Assembly: GCA_046760505.1 (NCBI GenBank) | Contig: JBHIEG010000015.1 | Coordinates: 1-47,714 of the forward strand | Origin: Candidatus Hydrothermarchaeota archaeon | Lineage (GTDB): Archaea > CAYFZR01 | Length of the DNA stretch: 47,714 bases | Direction of reading: 5' to 3' | In this document: piece by piece, positions 8,691 through 18,634 of the stretch | Layout of the letters: each line of letters begins with the position of its first letter | Numbering within the stretch: position 1 is the first letter of the stretch | Notes under the pieces: model-generated | Told to the model about the DNA's origin: nothing | The model's input: only the letters and a program-made list of their open reading frames with translations | Database searches by the model: none | Translations under genes and position numbers: made by a program

Positions 8691-9717
8691 GATTATCCTC
8701 AACCATTAAATCATCCTCAAACTCGACTTCTATCACATCTAGGCTAATGCATCTAGCAGGATTTTCAAACACTTCCGCTATACTTGGAGTTGTTCTGCCT
8801 GAATCTCCACTTACTAGCTCCTTTATGTATAATCCTGATTGTGTTTTTAGTGTCAATTCCAATCTGTTCTCACTAATTTTTTTCGCATCTATATATAAAA
8901 CCTTTCGTTTCCTTGTTCTATCCGACCTCCTGTGTAATACTCTTCTTGGTGTCTTCTGGTTTATTGATGTAATAATTTTTTCTAGAGGCTTCAAATTCGA
9001 TATAGGCTTTTCAAATTCTACAATTGCCCTGTATGTCTTGTTTGTCGCCGCTGACTTCATTTTCCTTATCGCCTTTCTGGATGCAAAACCAAGGAAAGAA
9101 ACTTTTATCTTATCTTTGTTTACGGCATTTATTTCTCTTTCTATTGACTTCAGGTCTATTTTCCTCCTTTTCGGTTGCTTTATTTCAAGTATGAAAGGTC
9201 TTCCTGTGCCTAACATTTTCACATCAATGTCTTCTCTCCCACATCCATGAAAGTATGACTCTCCTCCAGTATACTTTAAAACAATATTGGATATCAATCC
9301 CTCTACACTTTCATCGTATAACTTACCTTTGAAATCACATTTACTACAACCTTTCCCTTTACAGGATCGACAGTGCCATTCTGTTTGTGGCATTTCCTTG
9401 AATTTCCAGTATCTCCCATATATGAACAGAGGATTTATCTTTACGTCTATCTCGCCCTTTTCCGGACTGAATACAAAGACAACATCGGGATTTTCAAAAT
9501 CAATCTTTTTTCCTGTAAGCTTAGAAACGATTTTTCTGGCTTCTCTGTTGAACTCTGACTTAATATATTCGCATTTTTCATTCCATACAGATCCTACCAA
9601 AAAAGTATCGTACTCTAGGTCAAATTCTAGCACCCTTTTTGCTAGGCCCCCTATTTTTGAAAGTATGTCTCTGCATGCATCAGCGCTTCCTTGATTACTT
9701 GAAGAATTCAATCTCAT
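8659..9717 (-). CDS. pus10: tRNA pseudouridine(54/55) synthase Pus10
   Basis: GRY.K, PQT.W.C, GREDIDV.MLG.GRPF, QKTP.RV.HRR, GLYIKEL.SGD.GRT. Confidence 0.92.
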   Translation of the reverse strand: MRLNSSSNQGSADACRDILSKIGGLAKRVLEFDLEYDTFLVGSVWNEKCEYIKSEFNREARKIVSKLTGKKIDFENPDVVFVFSPEKGEIDVKINPLFIYGRYWKFKEMPQTEWHCRSCKGKGCSKCDFKGKLYDESVEGLISNIVLKYTGGESYFHGCGREDIDVKMLGTGRPFILEIKQPKRRKIDLKSIEREINAVNKDKIKVSFLGFASRKAIRKMKSAATNKTYRAIVEFEKPISNLKPLEKIITSINQKTPRRVLHRRSDRTRKRKVLYIDAKKISENRLELTLKTQSGLYIKELVSGDSGRTTPSIAEVFENPARCISLDVIEVEFEDDLMVEDNHGGEIERIQK

Positions 9718-9778
9718 TCTTCTACCTTAGATTTGTTTCTCTGAAAATAATCAGGTATTTTCATGGGAATTGATTTTT

Positions 9779-11095
9779 TCATCTCAACTTAATTCCCATT
9801 TTTGCAAGTTGATCTAACTTGGGCATTCTGCCTTTTCTTAGGGATTTAAAAACTTTTTTAGATGCGTTATACGCTCCAAGAAGTTCTTTAACATCCTCTA
9901 CAGATGTACCGCTCCCCCTTGCTATTCTAATCATCCTTTGTTTATTTATTATCTCTGGTCTCAGTAGCTCCTCCTCTGTCATTGAATCCATTATTACCTT
10001 GTTTATCTTAAGTCTCTCCTCAGTAACCTGTAGCATATCCTTTGGAAAATCACTGAGTCCAGGTATCATTTGAATCAATTGCTTAAAAGGACCCATTTTG
10101 TTCATTGCTTCCAGTTGTGAGTACATATCCTTCAATGTGAATTTTCCCTTGAGAAAATCCTTCATTTCCTCGACTTCGATTTCTTTTGATCTCTCTAAAA
10201 GTCCTTTGATGTCTCCCATGCCTAACAATCTAGATATGAACCTATTGGGATCGAATTCTTCGAAGTCATCGATTTTCTCTCCAGTTCCAATAAACTTTAT
10301 TGGTGCCTCAGTCTGGGCCACTGCAGATAATGCACCACCTCCTTTTGCTGAACCATCTACTTTTGTGAGAATAACTCCTGTAATACCTATTGCTTCGTGG
10401 AATGATTTAGCATGCTCCCCTGCCTCCTGACCTATTGTAGCATCTATAACCAGTAACTTCTCCTCTGGCTTGAGGAGATTAGAAATTTCCTTCATCTCAT
10501 CTACAAGATCTTTTTCTAGAGAATGTCTTCCCGCTGTATCTACAATTAAAACATCTAGCTTAGAAAGTTTTTCTAATCCTCTGTTTATTATTTTTATTGG
10601 ATCCTTTTCTTCTGGATCTCCGTAAAATGGTATGTTGTTTTCACTGGATAACTGGCTCAGTTGTTCAAATGCCCCCAATCTATAGACGTCTGCACATATC
10701 AAACCAGAAGAAAGTCCCTTTCTCCTCAGAAATTTGCATAACTTTACCGTAGTGGTGGTTTTTCCCATGCCATATAATCCAACAAGCATTATTTTGGATC
10801 CTTTCTTTACATTCAACGGAACGGTTTTTCTACCAACTATGTTTACGAGTTCTTCATAGACGATCTTTATCAAGTGGTCCCTCTTGCTGTAACCAGGAGG
10901 AATTTTTTCTTTTTTCGCCCTTTTTTCTATCCTCTTTGAAAGATCAAAGACGAGTTTAACGTTGACATCTGCCTGTAGTAGTGCTCTTTGAACATCTTTT
11001 ACGGTCTCTTTGATGAATTTTTCATCTATTATACTCGCTCTTGTTATCTTTTTAATGATAGTACTTAAAGCAGAGCCTAACTTATCCAAAGTCAT
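9779..11095 (-). CDS. srp54: Signal recognition particle protein SRP54
   Basis: ALLQADV, G..GMGKTTT, DTAGRH, TKVDGSAKGGGALS, M domain with RIARGSG. Confidence 0.97.
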   Translation of the reverse strand: MTLDKLGSALSTIIKKITRASIIDEKFIKETVKDVQRALLQADVNVKLVFDLSKRIEKRAKKEKIPPGYSKRDHLIKIVYEELVNIVGRKTVPLNVKKGSKIMLVGLYGMGKTTTTVKLCKFLRRKGLSSGLICADVYRLGAFEQLSQLSSENNIPFYGDPEEKDPIKIINRGLEKLSKLDVLIVDTAGRHSLEKDLVDEMKEISNLLKPEEKLLVIDATIGQEAGEHAKSFHEAIGITGVILTKVDGSAKGGGALSAVAQTEAPIKFIGTGEKIDDFEEFDPNRFISRLLGMGDIKGLLERSKEIEVEEMKDFLKGKFTLKDMYSQLEAMNKMGPFKQLIQMIPGLSDFPKDMLQVTEERLKINKVIMDSMTEEELLRPEIINKQRMIRIARGSGTSVEDVKELLGAYNASKKVFKSLRKGRMPKLDQLAKMGIKLR

Positions 11096-11096
11096 G

Positions 11097-11270
11097 TTAT
11101 TCAACTCTGTCTTCTGGAGGCAGCATGTGAGGAATTCCGTCTACGATAGGGTAGTCTATTTTGCATTTCTCGCATACCAACTTGCTCTCTTCTTCTACTA
11201 ACTTCACGTCTCCCTTGCAAACGGGACAGGCAAGTATTTCTAACAACTCTTTGCTTATAATTTCGCCCAT
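11097..11270 (-). CDS. trm112: Trm112 family methyltransferase activator (57 aa; not in ORF track)
   Basis: Manual translation: MGEIISKELLEILACPVCKGDVKLVEEESKLVCEKCKIDYPIVDGIPHMLPPEDRVE. Confidence 0.92.
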   Translation of the reverse strand: MGEIISKELLEILACPVCKGDVKLVEEESKLVCEKCKIDYPIVDGIPHMLPPEDRVE

Positions 11271-11390
11271 CGTGAATCACCTTAATACCTACTCTATGGG
11301 TTAAGTCATGGTTGATATGTTTATCGAAGAAATTAACATCAAAATTTTTTATATATTAGTTTTCTATATGGTAAGGGGAATTGAAATAGT

Positions 11391-11873
11391 ATGAAAGTAA
11401 CAGAAGAAATAAGAGAGTTTATTCCGAAATTCAGTGGCTATAGAGAGAAAAGGAAAAGAAAAGAAGCAGACAAATTAATTAAAAATGAGATACTGAAGAA
11501 ATTAAAAGAAATTTCTTTGAAAATTGATAGGATGTCCTTTGAAATCAGGGTGAGAAAATTGCCCCTGCTAAAGGAAATGGAGAATCTCAAGGAAATTTTG
11601 TATGGCTTTTTAAATAAAATAAAGGAAACAAATTATAAAAAATACGGGCTTTTTGTTCCCATGAAGATTGACGAGGGCAGATTGAGGCTGATCTATATCT
11701 ATGATCTAACTATCATTAAGAATCTAAACTCTCTGCTAGAAGAGATTAATTTGCTTGAAAATGAAGTGAAATTGAAAGAATTTAAGGACTTAAACAAGAT
11801 TTTGTCCATTAAAAATTCTCTTTTGGAATTAAAAGAATTGTTTGATAGAAGAGAGTCCATTCTCATGATGTGA
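11391..11873 (+). CDS. Conserved archaeal hypothetical helical protein
   Basis: IP.FSGY.EK..R.EADKL.. N-terminus; coiled-coil character. Confidence 0.65.
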   Translation: MKVTEEIREFIPKFSGYREKRKRKEADKLIKNEILKKLKEISLKIDRMSFEIRVRKLPLLKEMENLKEILYGFLNKIKETNYKKYGLFVPMKIDEGRLRLIYIYDLTIIKNLNSLLEEINLLENEVKLKEFKDLNKILSIKNSLLELKELFDRRESILMM

Positions 11874-11896
11874 GTTTGCCTGAACTATTTAACACA

Positions 11897-11910
11897 AAGG
11901 TTATAAATAC
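11897..11910 (+). promoter_or_regulatory. Putative BRE/TATA promoter of the fbp operon
   Basis: aaggTTATAAATA about 45-55 nt upstream of ATG 11954, which has a GGGGGT RBS. Confidence 0.45.
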
Positions 11911-11953
11911 TCTCTCATTTATTATCCCAGAGATTTTTAAAGGGGGTAACAAT

Positions 11954-13054
11954 ATGGTAAAAACTACAGTTAGCGTGATTAAAGCAGATATAGGTAGTTA
12001 TCCGGGACATTCTATTGCACATCCTGTGGTGATGGAAACTTGTAGGGAAAGATTGTCTCATGCACAAAAAGAAGGACTGATCAACGACTTTCGGGTAACT
12101 CACTGTGGTGACGATACGGTGCTTATAATGACTCATGAGAAAGGAGAGGACAGCGAAGATATTCATTCTCTAGCATGGGATTCTTTTGTGGCCGCTACTG
12201 AAAAGGCAAAAGAATTGAAACTATACGGTGCAGGGCAAGATCTTCTTGTTGACACATTTACAGGAAATATAAAAGGCATGGGGCCTGGAGTGGCAGAAAT
12301 TGAGTTCGAAGAGAGACCTAGCGACCCCATCATTGTTTTCGCATGCGATAAGACAGAGCCTGGCGCCTTTAACTTGCCCATATACAGAATATTCGCAGAT
12401 CCATTCTGTACAGCAGGCTTAGTAATCGATCCCTCCCTCCATGATGGATTCATATTTGAGATATATGATGTTCAAGAACATACAAGAGGTTTTTTGAAGT
12501 GTCCAGAGGAATCCTACGATCTGCTTGCTTTAATAGGAACCACGGGTAGATATGTAATAAAGAGAGTGTACAGAAAAAGTGACAATGAGATAGCTGCATC
12601 CATAAGTACAGAAAGATTAAGCCTTATAGCAGGAAGATATGTTGGGAAAGACGATCCGGTAGCAATAGTTAGAGCCCAGTCCGGATTTCCAGCAGTTGGA
12701 GAAATCTTAGAGCCATTTGCAAAGGCACATCTGGTAAAGGGATGGATGAGAGGAAGTCATCACGGTCCGCTGATGCCTGTTTCCCTAGAAGATGCCCATC
12801 CTACTAGATTCGATGGTCCACCAAGAGTGCTCGCCTTAGGCTTTCAAATAGGAAACGGAAAATTGGTCGGCCCGGTGGATATGTTCAAGGATCCTGCATT
12901 CGACGCTGCAAGAAGCCTTGCAAATTTAATAACAGATTACATGAGATATCACGGACCATTCGAGCCTCTGAGACTGCCGCCCGAAGAGATGGAGTACACA
13001 ACATTACCCGCGGTACTAGAAAAACTCTCGGACAGATTTGAAAAGGTTGAATAG
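11954..13054 (+). CDS. fbp: Fructose-1,6-bisphosphate aldolase/phosphatase (class V FBPase)
   Basis: SVIKADIG, GDD, LYGAGQDLL, DKTEPGAFN, YVGKDDP, GWMRGSH, EMEYT. Confidence 0.97.
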   Translation: MVKTTVSVIKADIGSYPGHSIAHPVVMETCRERLSHAQKEGLINDFRVTHCGDDTVLIMTHEKGEDSEDIHSLAWDSFVAATEKAKELKLYGAGQDLLVDTFTGNIKGMGPGVAEIEFEERPSDPIIVFACDKTEPGAFNLPIYRIFADPFCTAGLVIDPSLHDGFIFEIYDVQEHTRGFLKCPEESYDLLALIGTTGRYVIKRVYRKSDNEIAASISTERLSLIAGRYVGKDDPVAIVRAQSGFPAVGEILEPFAKAHLVKGWMRGSHHGPLMPVSLEDAHPTRFDGPPRVLALGFQIGNGKLVGPVDMFKDPAFDAARSLANLITDYMRYHGPFEPLRLPPEEMEYTTLPAVLEKLSDRFEKVE

Positions 13055-13060
13055 CGGGTT

Positions 13061-13828
13061 ATGATAAAAAAGATTTTGAAAGAACTTAAAGAAAATAAGA
13101 TATCTGTAGAAGAGGCAGAGAGAAAACTCAAACTGAATTTCTTAGATTTGATAGAAGCAAAACTAGACGTCCATAGACCATTCAGAACAGGTCTATTAGA
13201 GGCTATCTACGGAGAAGGAAAGGATTTAAAGCAAATAAAGAAATTTCTGCTAAATATGGCAGAGGAAAGGGGCATAGCATTAGCAACAAGAGTGGGTCCT
13301 GAAATAAAGAAAGAGCTCGATGGAATAAACTTCGATGTCACATACAATGAAACAGCAAGATGCGTTGTTGTCTCTAAAAAAGGATATAAAACAGAGAAAG
13401 AAGGTGGAAAAATAGCGGTAATAACCGCTGGTTCATCGGACATTCCAGTAGCAGAGGAATGCAAAGTTGTTGCAGAGTTACTTGGTTCTGAGGTAAAAGC
13501 CCACTACGATTTAGGAGTTGCAGGTATACACAGGCTGTTTCCATCATTGAAAGAAATATTGGAATGGGATGCTGACGTAATAGTTGTAGTCGCAGGGATG
13601 GAAGGTACCTTAGCCTCTGTAGTAGCGGGTTTGGTTTCTGTTCCTGTAATAGGAGTTCCAACAAGCGTAGGATATGGTGAAGGAGGGGGTGGGAAAGCCG
13701 CAATTCTATCAATGCTTCAAAGTTGCAGTCCGCTGGCGGTTGTCAATGTTGACAATGGTTTCGGCGCTGGCTGTATAGCTCATCTCATAGCAAGAAGGGT
13801 TGAAATCTTCAGAAAACGTAAGGTATAA
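13061..13828 (+). CDS. larB: Nickel pincer cofactor biosynthesis protein LarB (AIR-carboxylase-like)
   Basis: TAGSSDIPVAEE, DLGVAGIHRL, AGMEG, PTSVGYG, VNVDNGFGA. Confidence 0.92.
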   Translation: MIKKILKELKENKISVEEAERKLKLNFLDLIEAKLDVHRPFRTGLLEAIYGEGKDLKQIKKFLLNMAEERGIALATRVGPEIKKELDGINFDVTYNETARCVVVSKKGYKTEKEGGKIAVITAGSSDIPVAEECKVVAELLGSEVKAHYDLGVAGIHRLFPSLKEILEWDADVIVVVAGMEGTLASVVAGLVSVPVIGVPTSVGYGEGGGGKAAILSMLQSCSPLAVVNVDNGFGAGCIAHLIARRVEIFRKRKV

Positions 13829-13870
13829 ATAATAACGGCTCGTTTAACTGCAACTCAGATAGGTGGACAA

Positions 13871-14137
13871 ATGCCAGTGAAGGTAGAGATATTCAAATCC
13901 CCAACGTGTCCTCATTGTACTCCAACCATAGAACTCGTGAAGAATGTAGTTGAAGAACTAGGGAAAGAATTGGGGAATGTGGCTGAAATAGACATAATAG
14001 ACGTAATGAAACATCCATCAAAGGCGATGAAGTATGGCATTTATGCGGTACCTACCGTCGCAATAAATGGAAAGGTACAGTTTGTTGGAAGACCTAACAG
14101 AGAAAACTTGGTAGAGGCTATAAAAAGAGAACTCTAA
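13871..14137 (+). CDS. Small archaeal thioredoxin/glutaredoxin-like protein
   Basis: CPHC active site; AVPT cis-Pro motif. Confidence 0.9.
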   Translation: MPVKVEIFKSPTCPHCTPTIELVKNVVEELGKELGNVAEIDIIDVMKHPSKAMKYGIYAVPTVAINGKVQFVGRPNRENLVEAIKREL

Positions 14138-14155
14138 CTTTTTTTGAGGTTTGAG

Positions 14156-14449
14156 ATGTCTAAAGTAGTAATAAGTAATGAAGAGCTGAAAAAAGTAGCG
14201 GAAATTGCAAGGTTAAGTTTAAACGAAGAGGAGTTGAAGGAACTAAGAAAAGAAATAGAGTCGATCCTTATAGCATTCTCTCAAGTAGAAGAAATGGAAA
14301 TAAAGGAAGAAGAACTTCATTACGTTGTAGAACATTTTAATGTGTTTAGAGAAGACATTGAACCGATAAAATTTGAGAATCCAGAGCTTATTGTAAACTT
14401 AGCTCCAAGGAGAAAAGATCGATATTTCCAAGTACCTCGCTCCCTGTAG
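14156..14449 (+). CDS. gatC: Asp/Glu-tRNA amidotransferase subunit C
   Basis: VAEIARL, NVFRED, AP....YFQVP; precedes gatA. Confidence 0.92.
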   Translation: MSKVVISNEELKKVAEIARLSLNEEELKELRKEIESILIAFSQVEEMEIKEEELHYVVEHFNVFREDIEPIKFENPELIVNLAPRRKDRYFQVPRSL

Positions 14450-15850
14450 GTGCCCTTTATGCTAAATGAAGACATTGTGGAAAGAACTCAAAAGATTTTA
14501 GAAAATATAAAAAAGACTGACAAAAAAATAAATTCCTTCATCACTATAAACAGTAAAGCGTTGGAAAGAGCAGAGTTTCTTGAGAAGAAGAAAAAAGAAG
14601 GAAAAGATCTTGGGAGACTTTTTGGCTTGACGGTTGGTGTTAAGGATTGTATTGCAGTTTCAGGTCTTAGAATGACCTGTGCATCAAGGGTGCTGGAAAA
14701 CTATGTCTCTCCCTATGATGCCTGCGTCGTAGAACGAATTTTAAAAGAGGATGCAATAATCGTTGGAAAGACAAACATGGATGAATTTGCCTGCGGATCC
14801 GATGGAACCAAAAGCTTTTTCGGTCCCACAAAAAACCCCCATAACTTAAAATACGTTCCTGGAGGCTCTTCATCTGGAAGTGGTGCTTGCTTGGGAGCAG
14901 AGATGGTAGATTTGGCAATAGGAAGCGACACTGGTGGTTCGATTAGATGTCCCGCCTCCTTTTGTGGCGTTGTTGGAATAAAACCAACCTACGGTCTTGT
15001 TTCTCGCTATGGCTTGGTAGACATGGCGATGAGTCTTGAATCCCCAGGACCCATGGCAAGAAATGTTCATGATGTAGCTCTCTTGTTATCTGTTATATCA
15101 GGATTGGATCCTAGAGATGAGGCTACGAGAGATGTATCAATACCTGACTATCCTAAGTATCTCCTCGACTATGACTCGTTTGAAAAAATTAGAATAGGGA
15201 TTCCAAAAGAATTTTTTGAAAATGTAGACGAAATTGTCAAAAGAAAGGTTGAAAAAGCCATTGATAAATTGATATCTGCAGGAGCAGAGACTGTGGATAT
15301 AAGTTTGCCAAACTTAAGGTATGTAATACCCGTATACTATTTGATTGTCTTCAGCGAATTTTCATCCGCAATGGCAAAATTCGATGGTTTCAAGTATGGA
15401 TACAGAGATCCAAGAGCAAGAGAAGACTTGATAGAAAGTGTTAGTCAATCAAGGAACCTCTCAATGGGGAGAGAGGTAAAAAGGAGAGTACTCCTAGGCA
15501 CATACATAACTTTAAAAGAGTACAGGGGAAGATGGTACACAAAGGCTCTACAGGCAAGATCTGTGATAAGAAAAGAATTCTTGGAAGCATTAAACAGGGC
15601 AGAAATATTGGTTGGTCCTACGATGCCTGTCCTTCCATGGAAAATCGGGGAAATGGTTGAAGATCCTTTAACCATGTACATGGCAGATGTGCTAACCGTT
15701 TCAGCTAACCTGGCCGGAATATGCGCTGGCTCTATGCCATGCGGCTATTTCAACGATCTTCCGGTAGGAATACAGTTTCATGCCAGACCCTTGGAAGAAT
15801 ATAAGTTACTGAACGTAATGTCAATCTTGGAGAGAGAGATATGGACGTGA
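14450..15850 (+). CDS. gatA: Asp/Glu-tRNA amidotransferase subunit A
   Basis: Amidase signature GKTNMDEFA, PGGSSSGS, GSDTGGSIRCPA. Confidence 0.96.
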   Translation: MPFMLNEDIVERTQKILENIKKTDKKINSFITINSKALERAEFLEKKKKEGKDLGRLFGLTVGVKDCIAVSGLRMTCASRVLENYVSPYDACVVERILKEDAIIVGKTNMDEFACGSDGTKSFFGPTKNPHNLKYVPGGSSSGSGACLGAEMVDLAIGSDTGGSIRCPASFCGVVGIKPTYGLVSRYGLVDMAMSLESPGPMARNVHDVALLLSVISGLDPRDEATRDVSIPDYPKYLLDYDSFEKIRIGIPKEFFENVDEIVKRKVEKAIDKLISAGAETVDISLPNLRYVIPVYYLIVFSEFSSAMAKFDGFKYGYRDPRAREDLIESVSQSRNLSMGREVKRRVLLGTYITLKEYRGRWYTKALQARSVIRKEFLEALNRAEILVGPTMPVLPWKIGEMVEDPLTMYMADVLTVSANLAGICAGSMPCGYFNDLPVGIQFHARPLEEYKLLNVMSILEREIWT

Positions 15851-17208
15851 TCATTGGACTCGAGATTCATGAGCAATTACTTACTAAGAGAAAACTGTTC
15901 TGTAACTGCGCAACAAATTACAGAGATGCACCACCTAACGCCAATGTATGCCCTATTTGTTCTGCTCAACCAGGAGCCAAACCAATGGGAATCAACTTGC
16001 ACGCTTTAGAATCCGTCATAAAAATTGCATGTGCATTAGATTGCGAGGTAATAACAGATAGGGAAATATACATGCAGAGGAAACATTACTTCTATCCTGA
16101 CCTTCCAAACAACTACCAAAGAACATCTACACCTGTAGCAATAAACGGAAACTTAAACGGTGTAGGGATATCTGAAGTGCACTTCGAAGAAGATCCTGGA
16201 AGATATAACCTCCGCACAGGGGAGGTAGACTTAAACAGATGTGGCATACCGCTTATAGAGATCGTAACAGAACCAGATATCAGATCTCCAGATGAAGCAA
16301 GGAATTTCTTGAAGGAGTTACACAATATACTAGACTTTCTGGAGGTTGCAAGATTAGAGGAGGGAACAATGAGAGTAGACGCAAATATATCACTAGAAGG
16401 AGGATCTAGGGTAGAGGTAAAGAATATTAACTCATTTAAAGGAGTTTATAAGGCATTAAACTACGAGATAATGAGACAAAAGAACTTGCTGAAAAGAGGA
16501 AAGACAGTTCTAATGGAAACAAGACACTTTGACGAAAATCAAATGATAACCACATCTTTGAGAAGAAAAGAAACAGTTGAAGACTACAGGTACATACCTG
16601 ATCCTGACATCCCACCAATAATCATTCAAAGGAGTTTTGTTGAAAAAATTAAAAAAGAACTACCAGAGTTACCTAAAATGATGAAGGAAAGATTTGTTGA
16701 GCAATACTCTATTCCTGAGAGAGATGCAAAGGTATTAACGAGTGAAAAACCTATGGCAAGGCTTTTTGAACAAGTGGCCTCAAAGTTCAACCCCCACATG
16801 GCTGCATACTGGATAAAAGACGAATTAAGGAAGGAATTAAACTACAAGGGTCTTTCATTTTATGATATCAATTTTGAAGCCTCTGATATCTTGGAATTAT
16901 TGAGACTAATTGACTCAAACATAATCACGAGGGAGATGGGAAAAGAAGTGCTTAAAAAGATGGTTGAAGAGAGGAAGAAGGCCAGAGAAATAATAGAGGA
17001 GATGGAACTGAAAAAGATAGATACCGAAAGCATATCCGAGATTATAAATAAGGTTATCCAGGAAAACACAAAGGCAGTAAAGGATTACATCGAGGGGAGG
17101 GAAGAGGCGCTAAACTTCTTGGTGGGACAGGTAATGAAGTATACTAGGGGAAGGGCAGATCCAAGAGAGGTATTTAAAGTTTTAAAGAAGGAATTAAGTC
17201 AAATTTGA
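15841..17208 (+). CDS. gatB: Asp/Glu-tRNA amidotransferase subunit B
   Basis: IGLEIH, RKHYFYPDLP, EEDPG, EVKNINS, DYRY.PDPD, GQVMK.TRGRADP. Confidence 0.97.
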   Translation: MDVIIGLEIHEQLLTKRKLFCNCATNYRDAPPNANVCPICSAQPGAKPMGINLHALESVIKIACALDCEVITDREIYMQRKHYFYPDLPNNYQRTSTPVAINGNLNGVGISEVHFEEDPGRYNLRTGEVDLNRCGIPLIEIVTEPDIRSPDEARNFLKELHNILDFLEVARLEEGTMRVDANISLEGGSRVEVKNINSFKGVYKALNYEIMRQKNLLKRGKTVLMETRHFDENQMITTSLRRKETVEDYRYIPDPDIPPIIIQRSFVEKIKKELPELPKMMKERFVEQYSIPERDAKVLTSEKPMARLFEQVASKFNPHMAAYWIKDELRKELNYKGLSFYDINFEASDILELLRLIDSNIITREMGKEVLKKMVEERKKAREIIEEMELKKIDTESISEIINKVIQENTKAVKDYIEGREEALNFLVGQVMKYTRGRADPREVFKVLKKELSQI

Positions 17209-17753
17209 CCCCATCTTTCGTATAAATCGTTTTCTATCCCTAAATTATCCAGCACCTTTCCCACGATGAAATCAATAAAGTCTTCAACGGATTTTGGTTT
17301 CTGGTAGAATGCAGGCATTGCGGGTAAAACTGTAACATTATTTTTAGAGAGTATTAAGAGATTTCTCAGATGAATCATGTTTAAGGGAGTCTCCCTCGGT
17401 ACAACGATCAATTTTTTTCCTTCCTTTAAAACTACGTCTGCGCATCTCGTTATTATGTTGTCTGTAAATCCGTTTGCTATCGCTGAAACGGTCTTCATGC
17501 TAGCAGGAATAATAACACAGGCATCTATTCTCGCGGACCCGCTCACAAACGGGGCAGAAAAGTCATTTGACTCATAGTACTTTGACATGCCTTTGATGTA
17601 TTCTACCGTATATTTTGTTTCATGCCTCAAAATTTCTTTTGCAGCGGGTGTTATGGAAGAGAAAACATCAATTTTCTTTTCACTCATTATCTCTATGAGC
17701 CTAACGCCGTATGCAATGCCGCTTGCACCGGTTAAACCAACCATTATTTTCAT
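17199..17753 (-). CDS. ubiX: Flavin prenyltransferase UbiX
   Basis: TGASG, SGS, PASMKT, PRETP, PAFY motifs. Confidence 0.95.
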   Translation of the reverse strand: MKIMVGLTGASGIAYGVRLIEIMSEKKIDVFSSITPAAKEILRHETKYTVEYIKGMSKYYESNDFSAPFVSGSARIDACVIIPASMKTVSAIANGFTDNIITRCADVVLKEGKKLIVVPRETPLNMIHLRNLLILSKNNVTVLPAMPAFYQKPKSVEDFIDFIVGKVLDNLGIENDLYERWGQI

Positions 17754-17786
17754 GCTTTCTAAAGAGACAAGCAGATATTAATATTT

Positions 17787-17827
17787 TTTATGTAAAATAA
17801 TTTTATGTAAAACAATTCTTTATGTAA
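17787..17827. repeat. Three direct copies of TTTATGTAA in the intergenic region upstream of ubiX
   Basis: Copies at 17787, 17802 and 17819. Confidence 0.5.
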
Positions 17828-17928
17828 GAGATATTAAATGCGTAAATATTAATGCAAAAAAATTAGAGACAGATTGATTTTATCATCAAAATAAGGATTA
17901 TTGTTAAAATAGAGAAGTAAAGAAGTTT

Positions 17929-18201
17929 CTACTCAACTTTTAAGCGTTTTAGCAACCAAAAGCCCGAGACGTCCACATTAATTTTGTCCATGTTTATCTT
18001 TTTATCAACGAAAATACTAATTCCTTCCTTCTCTATCCTCTCGAAACCAATTTTTCTCTGTGCTTTTCTCTCCTCAATTACGCCTGCTACTGGAACAGGG
18101 AACAAACAGCAGGTTTTACTTAATTTTATTACTATAGATGGGTTTTTCATTCTCAATGACTTTACAAACTTTTTTACTTCTTCCGAAAGTTCGACTTCCA
18201 T
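17929..18201 (-). CDS. HesB/IscA-like small protein (CC motif)
   Basis: V.LSEE...F, TCC...P, GISIFVDK pattern of the HesB-like fold. Confidence 0.55.
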   Translation of the reverse strand: MEVELSEEVKKFVKSLRMKNPSIVIKLSKTCCLFPVPVAGVIEERKAQRKIGFERIEKEGISIFVDKKINMDKINVDVSGFWLLKRLKVE

Positions 18202-18248
18202 GAGATAAAAATTACCTTCAACAAAATATTTTTTTTGTTGGTCATTAA

Positions 18249-18449
18249 TTATTTTTTTAATCTAAGTCCTCTTAGCCGTCTTTCTAAGTAATCTATTGGA
18301 AATAACTGTAAATGACTCTTTAGGCTATTCTTTGAATATTTTGGCAGTTTATGGATTTCACAATAAATTTCGGTTATTTCTTCGATAATTTTTTCTCTCA
18401 TAATCTCGTCATGCTCTAAGTTCCTTGAACTTTTCAATTTAAGAGCCAT
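18249..18449 (-). CDS. Hypothetical protein (66 aa)
   Basis: ORF with GGAG RBS directly upstream; no recognisable family. Confidence 0.45.
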   Translation of the reverse strand: MALKLKSSRNLEHDEIMREKIIEEITEIYCEIHKLPKYSKNSLKSHLQLFPIDYLERRLRGLRLKK

Positions 18450-18634
18450 TACTCCGGGACCCCTTCTTTTCTAGTGGAAAATAAATACGCTCCAAACAAA
18501 TTTTACTCAAATATCATTATTTAATTTCTACTATTTAAAATTTACTAATTATTTTATATCAATTATTTCATACCAATTAATTTGAATCAATATTTATAGA
18601 AGAATATAAATATTAGAAAAATTTTTTATTTTCC

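Noticed and set aside
8747-9694. Long antisense ORFs opposite pus10, and similar shadow ORFs across the window
   Set aside because: They overlap well-supported genes on the other strand and have Ser/Phe/Ile-rich shadow composition with no motifs.
17929-18201. Possible selenoprotein (HesB-like)
   Set aside because: The CC motif is encoded by TGC TGT; there is no in-frame TGA.
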